64,000 nucleotides of DNA from Rebecca billardiae RCC1528 (GCA_965240325.2 OZ251225.1:620001-684000); one strand, 5' to 3'; shown: positions 41,777-54,700, counted from the stretch's first letter. Notes: generated by a model from the sequence alone, not told the origin. Numbers and translations: made by a program.

Positions 41777-43864
41777 TTATTTTCCCCGTCGTCCCGCATC
41801 GTCGAGCCCAAGCAGCGTGCAGACCCCGTTGCACGTGTGCGTCCTGAAGAACGCGCGCATGCCCTCCCGCCCGCGGTCAGTGCGCCCGTACACGTTGACG
41901 CGCCCGCGGTTGGACGCAAAGTGGATCACGGGATCTGTGAGCTCGAACGTGGGCGGGCGTGCGCGCGGCTCGAACACGCCCTGCAGGTCGCACACCATCA
42001 TCTTGCCGCGCGTGTACGCGTGCGTGAAGTGCGTGAAGGCCTGGGGCACGTCCGTTGGCACGATCTGGCGAGGCGACGAGGCTGGCCGGCGCGCGCGCGC
42101 GTGCGTGCGCGGCGAGAGCTCGGCGTCGCTCGCAGATTGCGTGTCGGCGGTGGCGGTCTCCCAGCCCTCCTCATCAGAGCCCTCCTCGATCACAGACGAG
42201 ATACGGCCCGCGGGGCCGGCGGCAGGGCCAGGCGGCGGCAGCAAGGGCGCGACGCTTCCGCCCGCGGCGCCCTCGGCCCGGTCGCCGTTGAGCACGCGGC
42301 CGGCGTTGTTGTTGTACTTGACATAGCGCGCCACATCAAGCCTGCGCTCGACCAGCATGCCGTACTCCCCCCACACCTTGTCCCGGACTACGTACACACG
42401 GCACTCAAGGAACCGGACGCGTGGCACGTGCGTGGCACGCAGCGCATCGAGAGCATCGTTGAACGCGTCGGCGAGCGCAGCTGCCTGCGCCTGTGTCTTG
42501 CAAAAGGTCAGGTAGTACTGCCGCTGCTGACCTGGCTCGCGGAAGCCAGCAACAAAGCGAGACTCCTTGGCGACAAGCGGCGGGCCGATTGGGTCCTTCG
42601 ATTTGCTGAGCTCGCGGAAGCGATGCACCACGCGCTCGGCGCCCTCGCCCATGATGCACTCGTGAACAGCGACCCCCGCCGCCCGCGCCGAGAAGGGCGG
42701 CGCCTCCTCCCACTCGCCCCCGACGCCCAGCTTGAGGCAGTGCACCCACTCAGCATCCGTGTACCACATCCACTCCGCCTCCCAAGGATCATCGTCCGCT
42801 GCGCCGAGGCTGCCCAACGCCTCGCGGCGAAGGGAGCGCACCTCGAGCTGCGCGGAGCCGTGGAGCGCTGTGAGTTCTGTGCGCGTGCTCGTGAGCGAGG
42901 CAGATACACTCGAGAATGCGCTGGCCAGCAGTGGCACGCCATCGCGGTCACCGCCGAGCGATGCCTGCGTGAACTGCGCGCACGCACCGTACTCGGCTGC
43001 CTCCGCCACCATCGCGCGCAGCACGGAGAAGTCCTCGGTGGCTGGACCGAAGCCTACGGCGCCGAGCGTGAGCCGCCGGCCCACGCGGCTCGCGAGCTCT
43101 TCGATCGTGGGCCGCACAAGGGCCTCGTACTTGGCGGCGGGCGCGCCCGGGCCGGGGGGCAGGCGGTCGCTCGGCCTGCCGTCCGAGAGGAAAAGGAGCG
43201 CGAGCGCGCACGCGCCGTGCGCGGCGCAGGGCAGGAGCAGCCGCCCGGCCGCGGCAAGCGCGGGCAGATAGTTGCCGTGCGAGCGCGGGCGCACGGTGTC
43301 GCGCAGCTCGAGCACGCGATTGAACAGGCGCGCGTCCAGGGGAGCACAATCCACAAGCACGTGTGCGCTATCGTTGAAGTAAACAACGGAGACGACGTCG
43401 CGAGAGCTGGCGCGCCCACGCTCGAGCTGCTCGGCCAGGAAGTCAAGGGCGATAGCCGTCCAAACGGCATCCGATCGGTCGTACGCGCCCGCCGCATCCT
43501 GCTGCTTCATCGAGCCCGAGCCGTCAACCACGAGCACTGTGTGCGACGTCCACGCACTCGGCACGTGGCGTGCGCTGTCTCGCAGCTGCGCGAGCTGACG
43601 CTTCGTGAGCGGGATGGGCTCTGTGATGCGAGGTGGCCCGACGCGGTACGACGTGATCTCGCGCCGGCACGTGTTGTCCGTGATATACACGACGCCGTCG
43701 TACTCAAACCGCCAGCGCGGCAGCCCCGTACGACCACACGGGCGCGCGGGCGAGCGCGTGCCGTGCTTGATCGCCGATTGCAGGTCGCGGCGGTCGATGT
43801 GGCGCTCAGCACGCCGCTGACGACCGTGCGCGCAGGACACCAGGCTGATGGCGCTGGTCGGCAT
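41777..43864 (-). CDS. vWA-domain alpha-kinase (eEF2K/MHCK family) with small N-terminal DUF4258-like domain
   Basis: vWA: [21 protein letters not shown]. Kinase: [54 protein letters not shown]. Alternative start at 43921. Confidence 0.9.
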   Translation of the reverse strand: MPTSAISLVSCAHGRQRRAERHIDRRDLQSAIKHGTRSPARPCGRTGLPRWRFEYDGVVYITDNTCRREITSYRVGPPRITEPIPLTKRQLAQLRDSARHVPSAWTSHTVLVVDGSGSMKQQDAAGAYDRSDAVWTAIALDFLAEQLERGRASSRDVVSVVYFNDSAHVLVDCAPLDARLFNRVLELRDTVRPRSHGNYLPALAAAGRLLLPCAAHGACALALLFLSDGRPSDRLPPGPGAPAAKYEALVRPTIEELASRVGRRLTLGAVGFGPATEDFSVLRAMVAEAAEYGACAQFTQASLGGDRDGVPLLASAFSSVSASLTSTRTELTALHGSAQLEVRSLRREALGSLGAADDDPWEAEWMWYTDAEWVHCLKLGVGGEWEEAPPFSARAAGVAVHECIMGEGAERVVHRFRELSKSKDPIGPPLVAKESRFVAGFREPGQQRQYYLTFCKTQAQAAALADAFNDALDALRATHVPRVRFLECRVYVVRDKVWGEYGMLVERRLDVARYVKYNNNAGRVLNGDRAEGAAGGSVAPLLPPPGPAAGPAGRISSVIEEGSDEEGWETATADTQSASDAELSPRTHARARRPASSPRQIVPTDVPQAFTHFTHAYTRGKMMVCDLQGVFEPRARPPTFELTDPVIHFASNRGRVNVYGRTDRGREGMRAFFRTHTCNGVCTLLGLDDAGRRGK

Positions 43865-44240
43865 CGCGCCACTCGGAGCGGCGGTAGGACCGCGCGCATC
43901 GCGCGCATGGTGGTGCTGCATCGCGCGGTCTGAGACCGGGCCGGGTGGGGTGTGCCGTGCGGGTGTGCACGCCCTTCTCATCAAGGGTCCGGGGACCGGG
44001 GTCGTCCACCGGACAGCGCCCAGCCGCCCATACTGCCACAGCACGGACGCTCCGGCTCATCCGTCCACCACCCTCAGCGGCTCAGCAGGCGCGCGCTCGC
44101 GCCGTCGACGGCATGCGCATCGGATGAGATGTCGCCAGCAGCCACTGCAGTCTGAGCAGAGTGCCAGAGTCGGCTAGGCTTCCGGACCTGGCACAGTCTG
44201 CCGCCGTCGCGCAGGCCGTGAGGCGCGTGTGCTCAGCCAG

Positions 44241-46442
44241 TCAGCCGCCCTCGTCAGCGCACTCGCCCGCCTCGCCGGCTGCCGAGTCGCCGTGCGCGTC
44301 GGCGTCGGCGTCGGCGCTCTGCTTCGCCGGCTCATCGGCGCGCTCCTCCCCGGGCCCGCCACCGACGGTGCTGATCGCGCTCCGCAGGCGCATCAGCCGG
44401 TCGAGCTCGTGCATGGTGGGCGGCATGCGTCGGCGCACGTCAGCGTACGCGACCAGCTCGTCTGCGGAGCTCAGCATCAGCGAGCGGTTGAACTGGGCGA
44501 AGCGCGGGGACTGCCGCGTGCCGCCGACAAAGTGCATCAGCTGCACCTTCCGGTCGCACGTGCAGCCCAGCAGGTCCCCGGGCTCGCCGTGCGCGCCGCT
44601 CACGCCGTTTGGGCACGTGTCGTACACGACCGCAGGCGCGAGCTCGGCGTCCGAGCCGGCGGCGAGCGGCAGCACGCTCACGAGGTGGCCGCCGAGGTTG
44701 GTGGACATGTAGTTCCACACGCAGTCGAGCGGGCGCCATATGTGCGGCGCGCGCGCGATCACGTAGTTGATCGTGTCCTGCTCCGCCAGCTGGCAGAAGG
44801 ACTCGAGCTCGCCCGCGGCGCGTCGGCGCGCGCCCTCGTGCGTGCTCTGCGCTACGTGGCCGGCAAAGCGGGTGGCGCGCATGCGCGCGAGGTGGAGCAT
44901 CATCAGCCCGCCGTTGACGCCCGTGCGCTGCGGCACGCCCGCCCAGCCGGGGGAGTACACCGCGTCCGTCGGGTCCTGCAGCCGGTAGTAGTACCGGTGG
45001 CTCTGGTCCACCGCCATCGAGAGGATGTGCGCGCGCTCGAAGGCGCGGAACTCCTCCCACAGCGCGCGGATGTCGCCCAGCAGCATCGCGTCAGAGTCCA
45101 CCACGAGCAGGTGCGACTCGCCGGGGAGGAACTCGGCGGCGAGGAGCTTGTAGAAGAGGTAGACGTACCCGCCGGTGTGGCAGATCGGGTGCAGCTGCGC
45201 CGGGTACCCGGACATGCCGAGCGACGCGTCCGGACTGAACATGGAGACGAAGTCGTCCGGCCGCAGCAGCCCGGCCGCGCGCGCGTGCGTGTCGAGCACC
45301 TCGCGGAACGCGCCGAGTCCGGGCGGGTCGCCGAGCACGTACAGCCGGAGCGGCGTGGTGCGCGAGGAGAGGAGGGACTTGACGAAGACGGGCGTGCGCG
45401 TGCGCGCGTACTCCTCGCCGTACACGATGAGCAGCAGCGTCGGGGTGGGCGGCAGCGGCGCGTCCACCGCGTTGAACCGCGCCTCGTCAGCCGGCGCCTC
45501 GCCTTCTGCTGCGCCGTCATCGTCGCGCGGCTCGGCGGCGCCGATGCGCCGGTTGTGCTCGGCATATAGCCTCACCATCCGCGCGACCTCGGCGGGCGCC
45601 TCGCCGAGGCAGTCGACGTGCACGACGAACGGCCCGCCCAGGAAGGGCGGCGGGCGGGCGCCCTCGGCGCCGGCGCGCAGCGCGGCCGCTGGCCAGCCGG
45701 GCGGCAGCCCCTGGGCGCACTGCGCGTTGGGGAGGGCGGCGAGCATGCTCTCGAGCGGCGCTGTGCCGAAGAGCTGCGACTCGTCCGGGTACGCACCGAG
45801 CAGCGCCATCTGCCCCAGCGAGCCGAACTGCGGGGCGCGCGTGTGGCCATCGTACGCAAACGCGTGCGGGATGGAGCCAGAGCCGCGCGGCTGCGGGTAC
45901 GGCATGTCCTCGCGCGGGAGGAAGCTGCTTAGGCGGCGGAGCACGCGCAGGCCGGCGGGCGTGTTGGCGACGAGGGTCGCCTTTGGCGTGTGCTGGCCCT
46001 CGGGCGTGCCGCTCATCGGCAGCAGCAGGGGCTGCGCCGTGCGAGCGCTCAGCAGCCAGCGCTCGAGGTCCGCTCCCACCGCCTCGCCCGTCGCTGCGAG
46101 GAGCGCGTCCACGTCGAGCCACAAGACGGCATCCGAGCCGTTGCCCGGAAACGTTCCGAGCGCGGCGAGCGAGGTGTAGAACCGAGACATCCACGGGTGG
46201 TACTCCTCCCGCCCGGGCGGCAGCGAGCGCCACAGCTCGTGCGTGCACGCCCACGAGCGCAGGCCGGCGCAGAACCATCGGGCGTTGGCCTCGATCTCGT
46301 CGCCTAGGGGCTCTTGCCACGGCGCGACCGAACGGATCACGTGCAGCCGCCTTCCCGGGGGCGCGGCATCGATGGCCGCCCCACTCACCCGGCGCAGGGC
46401 AAGGTGGGCCAGCGCGACGAGCAGCCAGCGCGGCGCCATCAT
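44241..46442 (-). CDS. Secretory glycosyltransferase: C-terminal GT8 (xylosyltransferase/LARGE-like) plus a probable second GT-A domain
   Basis: Signal peptide; VLWLDVDALL; LYKLL, LVVDSD, GVNGGLMMLHL, LAEQDTIN, CVWNY, MHFVGG. Confidence 0.8.
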   Translation of the reverse strand: MMAPRWLLVALAHLALRRVSGAAIDAAPPGRRLHVIRSVAPWQEPLGDEIEANARWFCAGLRSWACTHELWRSLPPGREEYHPWMSRFYTSLAALGTFPGNGSDAVLWLDVDALLAATGEAVGADLERWLLSARTAQPLLLPMSGTPEGQHTPKATLVANTPAGLRVLRRLSSFLPREDMPYPQPRGSGSIPHAFAYDGHTRAPQFGSLGQMALLGAYPDESQLFGTAPLESMLAALPNAQCAQGLPPGWPAAALRAGAEGARPPPFLGGPFVVHVDCLGEAPAEVARMVRLYAEHNRRIGAAEPRDDDGAAEGEAPADEARFNAVDAPLPPTPTLLLIVYGEEYARTRTPVFVKSLLSSRTTPLRLYVLGDPPGLGAFREVLDTHARAAGLLRPDDFVSMFSPDASLGMSGYPAQLHPICHTGGYVYLFYKLLAAEFLPGESHLLVVDSDAMLLGDIRALWEEFRAFERAHILSMAVDQSHRYYYRLQDPTDAVYSPGWAGVPQRTGVNGGLMMLHLARMRATRFAGHVAQSTHEGARRRAAGELESFCQLAEQDTINYVIARAPHIWRPLDCVWNYMSTNLGGHLVSVLPLAAGSDAELAPAVVYDTCPNGVSGAHGEPGDLLGCTCDRKVQLMHFVGGTRQSPRFAQFNRSLMLSSADELVAYADVRRRMPPTMHELDRLMRLRSAISTVGGGPGEERADEPAKQSADADADAHGDSAAGEAGECADEGG

Positions 46443-46609
46443 CGCGTCCGGCCCAGGCGCCCTTCGGTTGCTTTAGCTTTGGCTGAGGCTGCCGGATGCC
46501 TTTCCTGGCTCGCTCGCGGGGAGGCGCGGCGCCCGGACGCTTGAGAATCTCTGCGCTGGGGCCCCGTCCGCTCCTCGCTCTAGACGTGGCGAGCGTCATC
46601 AGGGCGACG

Positions 46610-47263
46610 ATGGCGACGTGTGCTGTGCCACGCGAGGCGGATGAGGCTTGGCGCATCCAGGGCGGGGGACCGATCGTGGCGCCGACTGGCGCGCAGTCTG
46701 CCGCCGTTGCAGCCCCCACCATGCACAGCTTCGCCGGCCGGCAGTACGACGTGTCCGTCCACCGCCCATCTCGGCTGCTGCTTCGCGATATCGAGCCCGT
46801 CTTCCGACCAGACCTCGACGCGGCGTTCCAGGCGAGCGCGGGCCAGTGGGGGTCGAAGGAGGAGTTCCTGCGCGAACGGCTGCTCGTCATGCCCGTGTGG
46901 CAGCCCTCTACCCTCGACCTGTCCGTCATCAGCGACGAGGTGAGCGCCGAGCGCAAGGAGCTGTGCCGCCAGTTTGTTGAGTGGTTCGAGAGCCTCAAGG
47001 CCAAGCTACCCGGCCACTGGCTGGACGCGAGCGACCCGCGCACCGGGCAGGCGATGTTCGGCACGGACACCTCGGCCACGTACAATGAGCTCGAAGGGCT
47101 GACCTCGTGCCTCAAGTACAAGTTCGAGCCGTTCGGCTGCTGCGGCATCGTGATGCACCCGGCGTGGAGGCGCAACGCGTACCCGGTCAGCGTCTTCACC
47201 ACCGCGCCCGCGGAGGAGCTGCTCGACGCGGTCGAGCGCACGAGCCCAACGGTCGCTGCATGA
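46610..47263 (+). CDS. MMADHC: Cobalamin trafficking protein CblD-like
   Basis: LLRDIEPVF, ERKELCRQFVEW, GHWLDASDPRTG, GCCGIVMHPAW...YPVSVFTTAP. Confidence 0.85.
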   Translation: MATCAVPREADEAWRIQGGGPIVAPTGAQSAAVAAPTMHSFAGRQYDVSVHRPSRLLLRDIEPVFRPDLDAAFQASAGQWGSKEEFLRERLLVMPVWQPSTLDLSVISDEVSAERKELCRQFVEWFESLKAKLPGHWLDASDPRTGQAMFGTDTSATYNELEGLTSCLKYKFEPFGCCGIVMHPAWRRNAYPVSVFTTAPAEELLDAVERTSPTVAA

Positions 47264-47882
47264 GACGCGCGCGCGCGCTGCGCTGACTTCTCGGCGGCGT
47301 CGATCGCGCGCGCTCGGTGCTGGGTGAACGCTCCAGCCAGGCGCCAGGCGGCACACTCAGCCCTGCACTCTCACGCTGCGGGGCAGTGCGCGGGCCGTCC
47401 CCTGGGGGCACGCAGGCCGTGCGATGGTGGTGGGCCCGCCTCAGGGGGCATTGCGTCGCTGATGTGACGATGTGTGATGACTGCGTCCGCGCACGCGGCT
47501 GCGCGCCGACAGACCACACATCTTCGACATTCGTCAGTCAACGGTCTGAGTCGGCGTCCTGGCACGACTCACTCTGAGTCAAGCTCACGAGACGAGGCAC
47601 GACCAGTGGCAGTGTCCAGTCGCTCAGTGTATACAACATACAGTATGCGTCATCATCGGACTGCTGATGCGATTAGATTGCGCGTGAATGATTGTGCCCC
47701 GGGCCTGAGCCTGCCGTGTCGTGTGCCGGTTGCTCAGCTCTCCAGTATGTCGGCGAGTCTGCCCGTCACACATTGCTTGGTCACACGGAGGAAAGCTCTC
47801 CGCTCCGGTGGGTCCGGTCAATCTGAAATCAGCGGCCGATCGCGGATCAACACGACGTACTGGTACGCACGGCACGGTCAGC

Positions 47883-49208
47883 ATGGCCGACGTCCTCTTG
47901 CTGTCCGAGCCCTATGCATTGCTAGCACACCTGGTGGCGCGCGCCTTCTACGAGGACCTCGAGATCCTCGTGTTCGACAAGCTGGTCAGCCTGCGCCAGG
48001 CGCTCACCGACAAGGAGCTCTCGGCCGTGCTGCACATGCCCGAGCACCAGGTCCGCAAGGGGCTGGCGCAGCCGCTCAAGGACCGGCTCATCTCGCGCAC
48101 GACCACCAAGGCGGACGAGCTGGACATGGACACCGTCACGGCCGCGGAGTTCCGCGAGCACCAGCGCACGCTCGGCGAGGTCACGCGCTACCACGTCGAC
48201 CTCGAGACCATCCCGGATTTCGTCAAGTTCAAGCTGCACCGGCTGCTGGAGCGCGCGGGCGGCGGCGCGGCGAACGGGGACGCCGACGGCGCGGACGACG
48301 AGGCCGTGGCGTGGCGCTGCACGCGGTGCGCGCGCGAGTACACGGAGGGCGACGCGTGGATGCTGTACAGCCGCGAGCGCAACCTCTTCCTCTGCGAGTG
48401 CGGCCTCGAGTGCGAGAGCGTGCGCGAGCCAGCCGAGGGCGGCGGCGGCGGCAGCTCTGAGAAGCAGCGCGCGCTCGAGCAGGCGGTCAAGCCGCTGCTC
48501 GTCGCGCTGGGGCAGACGGACAAGGAGTTCGAGGAGGGGAACCACGCGCCTGGGCTGATCCGCGCGGACGCCGCGCCGCCCGGCGGCGCCGCCGCCGCCG
48601 CCGCTGGCGCGACGCGCGGCGGCGGCGGTGCGGCGCGGGCGGGCGGCGCGGCGGAGCCGTCCGCCGAGCTCGAGCCGCTGCACGTGCAGATTGGGAGCTC
48701 GGCCCGAGCGGCGGGCGCGGGCGCGGCGGGCGGCGCGGCGGCGGCGAAGGCCAGCGCGGTGCTCTTCTGGCAGAAGGACGGCGCGGCCGGGCAGAAGCGG
48801 CCGCGCGACGAGGGCAGCGCCGGCGCGGCCGACGGCGAGGGCGGCGGCGGCGCCGAGCAGAGGGAGGAGGACGCGTGGGCGCGCGCGCTGCTCGAGAACC
48901 AGCGGCAGCAGCAGCGGCAGCAGGCGCACGCGCTGCCACCGGCGGGCGCGGAGGCGGGCGGGGCGGCGGTGCCCCGCGCCACGCCCGCAGCGGCGCCCGC
49001 GCCGCCCGTCGCGCCCTCCTCGGCCGCCTCGCCGCGCGCGCAGCCTGTGCCGCCGCACGCCGAGGAGGGCGAGGGCGAGGAGGAGGAGGAGGAGGAGGAG
49101 ATGGTGGCGGTGTGCGGCCAGCTCGTGCCGCTCTCGGAGGTGACGGACGAGGACACGGAGCGGATGACGTCGGAGGAGTACAAGCGGTACTACGAGCTGA
49201 TCAGCTGA
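47883..49208 (+). CDS. Transcription initiation factor TFIIE alpha subunit
   Basis: LVARAFY winged helix, VKFKLHRL, Zn ribbon CTRC...CEC, acidic C-terminus VAVCGQLVPLSEVT...MTSEEYKRY. Confidence 0.9.
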   Translation: MADVLLLSEPYALLAHLVARAFYEDLEILVFDKLVSLRQALTDKELSAVLHMPEHQVRKGLAQPLKDRLISRTTTKADELDMDTVTAAEFREHQRTLGEVTRYHVDLETIPDFVKFKLHRLLERAGGGAANGDADGADDEAVAWRCTRCAREYTEGDAWMLYSRERNLFLCECGLECESVREPAEGGGGGSSEKQRALEQAVKPLLVALGQTDKEFEEGNHAPGLIRADAAPPGGAAAAAAGATRGGGGAARAGGAAEPSAELEPLHVQIGSSARAAGAGAAGGAAAAKASAVLFWQKDGAAGQKRPRDEGSAGAADGEGGGGAEQREEDAWARALLENQRQQQRQQAHALPPAGAEAGGAAVPRATPAAAPAPPVAPSSAASPRAQPVPPHAEEGEGEEEEEEEEMVAVCGQLVPLSEVTDEDTERMTSEEYKRYYELIS

Positions 49209-49805
49209 GCGGCGGCGCCAGCCTCCGCGCCCGCGGGCCTCCGCGAGCGCGCGCGGACCCCGCGACAGTTGTCGGAGATGATGGCCCATGCCCCATTCAC
49301 ATTGATGCCTGCCGAGTGCCGCCGGCCCAGCACGGGTCCGCGCTGTCTCGCGCGGCGTCTGTCCTGTGGCTGTGTCCAACTGTCCATCACAATTCACATC
49401 CGGTCCGCCGGAACGACATTATCATCGCCGTTGCCGTTGGCACCCCCGTTCGCCGTCGACGTGCGTCTGTGGACTGATGAGAGGCGACAACATGCATTGT
49501 GCTGATACACACATATATATACACACACATATATGAGACTCCCTTTCACAGATGCAGCGCAGGCTCCGCAAGCGCGGCCTGCGGCGGCATTGCTGCCACG
49601 GACTCCTAACTACTCACGCTCCTGTTTCACGCTGCACGGGGAAATGCGCTCGTGAGAAAATAATACGGAAGCTAGGCCGCCTAAACTCTCAAAGGGCCGC
49701 TGTTCATCAGCATGGCCGCCGCCGGCACGCCCTACTCGCACAAAGCCCAAGCCAAGCGCCTCGCGCGACGATCTCGCTCGTCGGCACTGCGCGACGGCGG
49801 CGACA

Positions 49806-51732
49806 ATGCTGCGCGAGGTCGCGCTCACGAGCTTCGTCGACGAGGCGCCGCGCATCGACGTGGGATCGGCGCGCGGCGCGGTGCGGACGGACGGCCCTTT
49901 GCGCGCCGATGCGTACACCCTCTTGTCGCACGGCTCCATCGGCCGCATGATCTGCTGGTGAGACGGCGCGGCGCGCGCGGCGCTGCGGCGGCCATGCGCG
50001 CGCGCGCGCCGCGCCGCGCCGTGCGCGTAGGCCATCGGGCCTGCTCCGCCGCGCGCGCCGCGCCGCGCACTCACGCCGCTCGTCGCGCGTGCGCGCGCGC
50101 GCCGCGGCCGCGCCTGCGCAGGCGCGCGCAGGGCAACCTGGTGAGCCTGTGCGAGGTGACGACCGGCGTCGCGGCCGGCAGCGACTTGCACGGCGCCGAG
50201 CTGGCGCTGTGCTTCGGCGACGGCGAGCTGGTCGGCGACGTGTGCTTCGCGGAGGATGTCGACGGGCTCTACGCCCTCGCCGTGTGCCAGGACCGCGCCT
50301 CCGCCGCCGGCGCGCACGACGGCGCGGGCGCGCTCACGTTTCACTGCGTGCACTTTGCGCCTCCACCGACCGCCGGCGGCGCGGCGGGCGTGCACACGCT
50401 CTCGTCGTGGCTCGACGCGTCGCGCGCGCCGCCCAAGCACGCGAGCGTCACGCGGGTCGACGGCCCGTCCGCGTGCGCCAACGCCGTCTGCGCGCTCGCC
50501 CCCGACACGCTCGCGGTCGGCCTGTGTGACGACTCGGTGTGTGTGGCGGCGCTTGACTGGAGGCGCGGCGCAGTGAGTCGGCTGCAGGTGCTGGCGGAGG
50601 GCGCGGGGCTGCTCGGCCGGATCGTGGGCAAGCTGATGGGCGGCGGCGCGCAGTCCGACGCCGCGCCCAACCCCACCGCGCGCGAGGCGAGCGGCATCGC
50701 CTCCATGGTCGCTGTGGAGGTGCGCCGCCGCGCGCGTGCGTGCGCGTGCGCGTGCGCGTGCGCGTGTGCGCTTGCCGGGACGCGTGCGGTGCGGTGGCGG
50801 TGCGGGTGGGACGCGCGCGAGGCGGGCGGCGCCGAGGCCAGCCGGTGCCGTGCTGCCCACGCCGCACGCACAGTCGGAGCGCGTGGGGCGGCGCGCAGCC
50901 GCCGGGTCCCGCGGTCCGCGCCCACGCGCCCCCCCAGCCCCCGGCCTATTTATCGGACCGGCCCGCCAGCCCGCGCCCCGCACGGGGCGGCGGGTGCGGT
51001 GGTGGCGTCGGTATGACAGGGCCGGCAGAGCGCGCTGCGGCCTGGGCGCGCGCGCGCGCTCGGCCTGCCCTCCAGCGCGCGCGCGTGCCCCGGGCGCCCC
51101 TTCTCCCACACCGGGGCGGGCGCGCGCCGCACAGCGCAGAGGCCCGGCTGCCCCCGTGCCGCGCACACGCCGCGCCCCGCGCGCGCGCGCGCTCACACGC
51201 GCGCGCGCGCGCACGCGCGCCGCGCGCGCCGCGCGCGCAGGCGGCGCGTCGGCAGGTGCCCGCGGACATGCCGCCCTTCCAGGCGGCGCTCTGCTGCCTC
51301 AGCTACGACCGCCGGCTGCGGCTGTGGGCCGTGCCCACCGGCCGACTGCTGCTGTCCATCGACCTGGGGCAATGCGTGTCGCGTGCGCTCTCGCGCGCGC
51401 TGCTGCCCGGGCCGACCGCGCTGCGGCTGCGCGCGATCGCCGACGGCGCGCGGCACGGCGCGTTCGGGCTCTCCGTCGCGCTCGGCGTCGAGCCGCCGCC
51501 GCCGCCCGCCGGCACGGAGCGCGCGCACGCCGTGCAGCGCGCGGGCGCGGGCGCGGCCGTGCCCCCGCCATGCCCTCCGCGCGTGCTGCTGCTGTCCGCG
51601 CGCAGCGACACGCCGTGGAGCGCGCCGCCGTCGCACGCGATGCTCGCCGAGCTCGGCGCGGCGTGCGACGTGCTCGACGCCGTCGCCGCCTTCAGCCCCG
51701 ACCTCGGCGCTGCACGCCGCGCCGACGCTATG

Positions 51733-51778
<46 letters not shown>

Positions 51779-54700
51779 GCGGCGGCGGCGGGCCGGGCGC
51801 GCACGAGGCTGAGGGTTGGGAGTCGGGCCCCGGCGTGAGCGTCGCCGCGCTCTGGCGCCCGCTGCCGCACGGCGCGGGCGCGCCCGCCGGCGCGCCGCGC
51901 GCGCCCGCGCGCGTGTGCGCCGCGAGCACGCGCGTGCCGCGCATCGGCGGCGGCGGCGGCGGCGGCGGCGGCGGGAGCGGCGGCGGGAGCGCAGACTGCG
52001 CTCGGCGCGCCCTCGCGTGGGCGGCCGTGCGCGCGGACGGCGCGTGCGCGGACGACGACGGCGGCGGCGAGGAGGAGGAGGCGGCGGCGTCGGCGCGCTC
52101 GGACGACGCGGCGCTGTGCGCGGCGCTCGACGCCGCGCTGCGCGACGCCAACGTGGCGGCCGCCTCGGCCGCCGCCGCCGCGGGCGCCGAGGGCGGCGGC
52201 GGCGGCGCGGGTGCGGACGTGGGCGCGGACGCGGGCGCGTGCGCCGTGTCAGAGGCGCGCGTCGCGCTCGAGTGCGCGCGGCGGCGCTGCCTCGACCCGT
52301 CGCGCTTCTCGCCGAGCCACCTGCTCGCCGCGGCGCGCGCGCTCGGCGCGGTGCTCGACACGCGGCCGAGCGCGGCCGCGGCGTACGCGCACCGCACCGC
52401 CGCGCAGCGCGCGGCCGCGGCGCGCGGCACGCTGTGCGAGGCCGTGAGCGCTGCCGCGGCGGCGCGCGGCGCGGCGGCCGACCCGCACGCGGCGCAGGCG
52501 GACGAGGGCACGGTGGCGGCGCACGCACGGCTGTGGGTCGACGCGTGCCTCGCGTGCGCGCGCGCCGCCGCCGCCGACGCCGCCCTCGCCATCGCCATTG
52601 GCCCGCGCGCCTCAGCTCGGTGGTGCGCTCTCGGCGCGCTAGACGGGCGCGCCCTGCTGTGTGTGCGCGCGCGCGGCGTCGGCTGCGCGCGCGCCGAGGC
52701 GCACGTGGCGGCGCTGGCGAGCGCGCTCGCGGCGCGCGCGCTCGCGCACGCGCCGCCGGCGCCGCCCGGCGCCGAGGCGGAGCTCGCGCAGCGCGCGCGG
52801 CGCGGCGCCGCCGCCGAGGGCGCCGCCGCCGTCGCCGGCGGCGCGGCGCTCGACGGCGCGGGCGCGGCGGCCGCGCTGATCGGCCGCGCGGCGGCGCTCG
52901 CGGCGCGGCGCGGCGCGTCGGCCTCGCGCCTGCCGGCCGAGGCGCTCGCGCAGTCGGACGTGGTCTGGCTCGTCGCGGCGTGCGAGCTGCTGCTCGCCGC
53001 GTGCGCGCGCGCCGGCACGCCCGCGCGCGCCGTCTGCGACCTGGTCGGCGCGGAGGGCGACGCAGACGCGGACGGCGGCTTGTGTGGCGGCGCGGGCGCG
53101 GCGGCGTGGGCGGATGAGGCCGGCTCGGATGACGACGGCTGCGGCCGCACGCACGTGGCGCGCGCGGCGCTCGAGGCCGTCTCCGCCATCGCGGCGGGCA
53201 GCGGCGGCTCGGACGCCGGCGCGCTCGCCGACGCCGCCGTGCGCATCATGACCGACCAACTGAGCGACTCGCCGCGAGCGTTTTGCATGCTGCACGCGCG
53301 GCTGCTGCGCGCGGCCGGCGGCGGCGGCGGCGAGGGCGGCGGCGAGGGCGGCGCGGAGGGCGCGGCGCGCGGCGGCGCGGCGCTCGGCCCGCCGCCCGAG
53401 GCGCTCGCCTCCGCCGTCTGCGCCGCGGCGCGCTCTCGCCTCCGCCTCGCCGTCGGCGCCGTGCTCGCCGCCACCCTCGCCTCCGCCGCGCGCTCGCACC
53501 TCGCCACGCGGGTGCACCCCAGCGCTCTGCGCGCGCTCGGCGGCGACACGCTCGCGCGCGCGTGCGCGCTGGTGCGCTGCCTGGGCACGCTCGCGCGCAT
53601 GGGCGGCGCGCCCGGCCCGCTGCCGCGCACGCCGACCGCGGCGCTCGTGCTCGACGCGCGCGCCGCCGCGCCGCGCGCCGCCGCCGCCCTCGCGCGCCGC
53701 GCGGCCGCCGAGCGCGCCGCGTGCGCGCGCGCCGCGGAGACGGCGGCGGCGAGCTCACTCGCTCTGGCGCTGCGGGGCTGCGAGCCCGCGCTGCGCGCGG
53801 CGCGCGGCGCGGCCGGCGGCGCGCCCGCCGACGCGGCGCTCGACGCGCTCCTCGCCCTCGCCTGCGCCGACGCGGCCGGCTGCGCGCGCGGCCCGTCACC
53901 TCAGCACTCCCTCGCCGCCCTCTTGCTGAGCGCGGGCGCGCCTGCGTCAGCGCTCGAAGCGTCGCGCTCGGTGGGCGCGGGGGCGCCGTGCGTCGGGCTG
54001 GCGCACGCGCAGGCGGTGGCGTGCGCCGCGCTCGGCGAGCGCGAGGGCGCGGCGCTCGCGTTCGAGCGCGTCGCCACGCACCTCGCCGCCGCGCGCTCGG
54101 ACGACGCCGCCGCCGCCGCGGCCGCGCGCGCGCTGCTGCGCGCCGCGGGCGTGCGCGCGCGCGCGCTGAGCGCGGACGGCGCGGACGGCAGCGGCGGCGG
54201 CGGCGGCGGCGGCGAGGGCGCGTTCGCGGAGGTGCCAACGCGCGCCGAGGCGCTGTGCGCGTACGTGCTCCACGCGATCGGCGTGCTCGAGCAGCTCGGC
54301 GGCGGGCGCGGCTGCGAGCACGTGCCGCCGCTCGCGCGCCTCGCGGCTGCAGACCCCGACGTGAGTGCGTGTGTGCCTGCGCACTCGCGGCTGCAGGCGC
54401 TCGCCTTTCTGCACGCGACGCGGCTGGGGCACGCGCGCGACGCGTACGTGGCGCTGATCGGCATCACCGAGCCCGAGCGGCGGTGCGAGTGCCTGCACCA
54501 CCTCGTCTCCGAGGCGTGCGAGCGCGGCCGCCCCGGCGCGCTCGCCGCCCTCCCGTGGGCGCGCGGGCTGCGACAGGAGTTGCTGCTGACCCTCTGGTGG
54601 AAGGCGCACAACGGGGACGTCCGCCGCAGCCCCGACTACTTCGAGGTGATCTTCGCGCTGGCGAGCCGCGCGGGGGACTACCGCGCGGCGGCGCTGGCGA

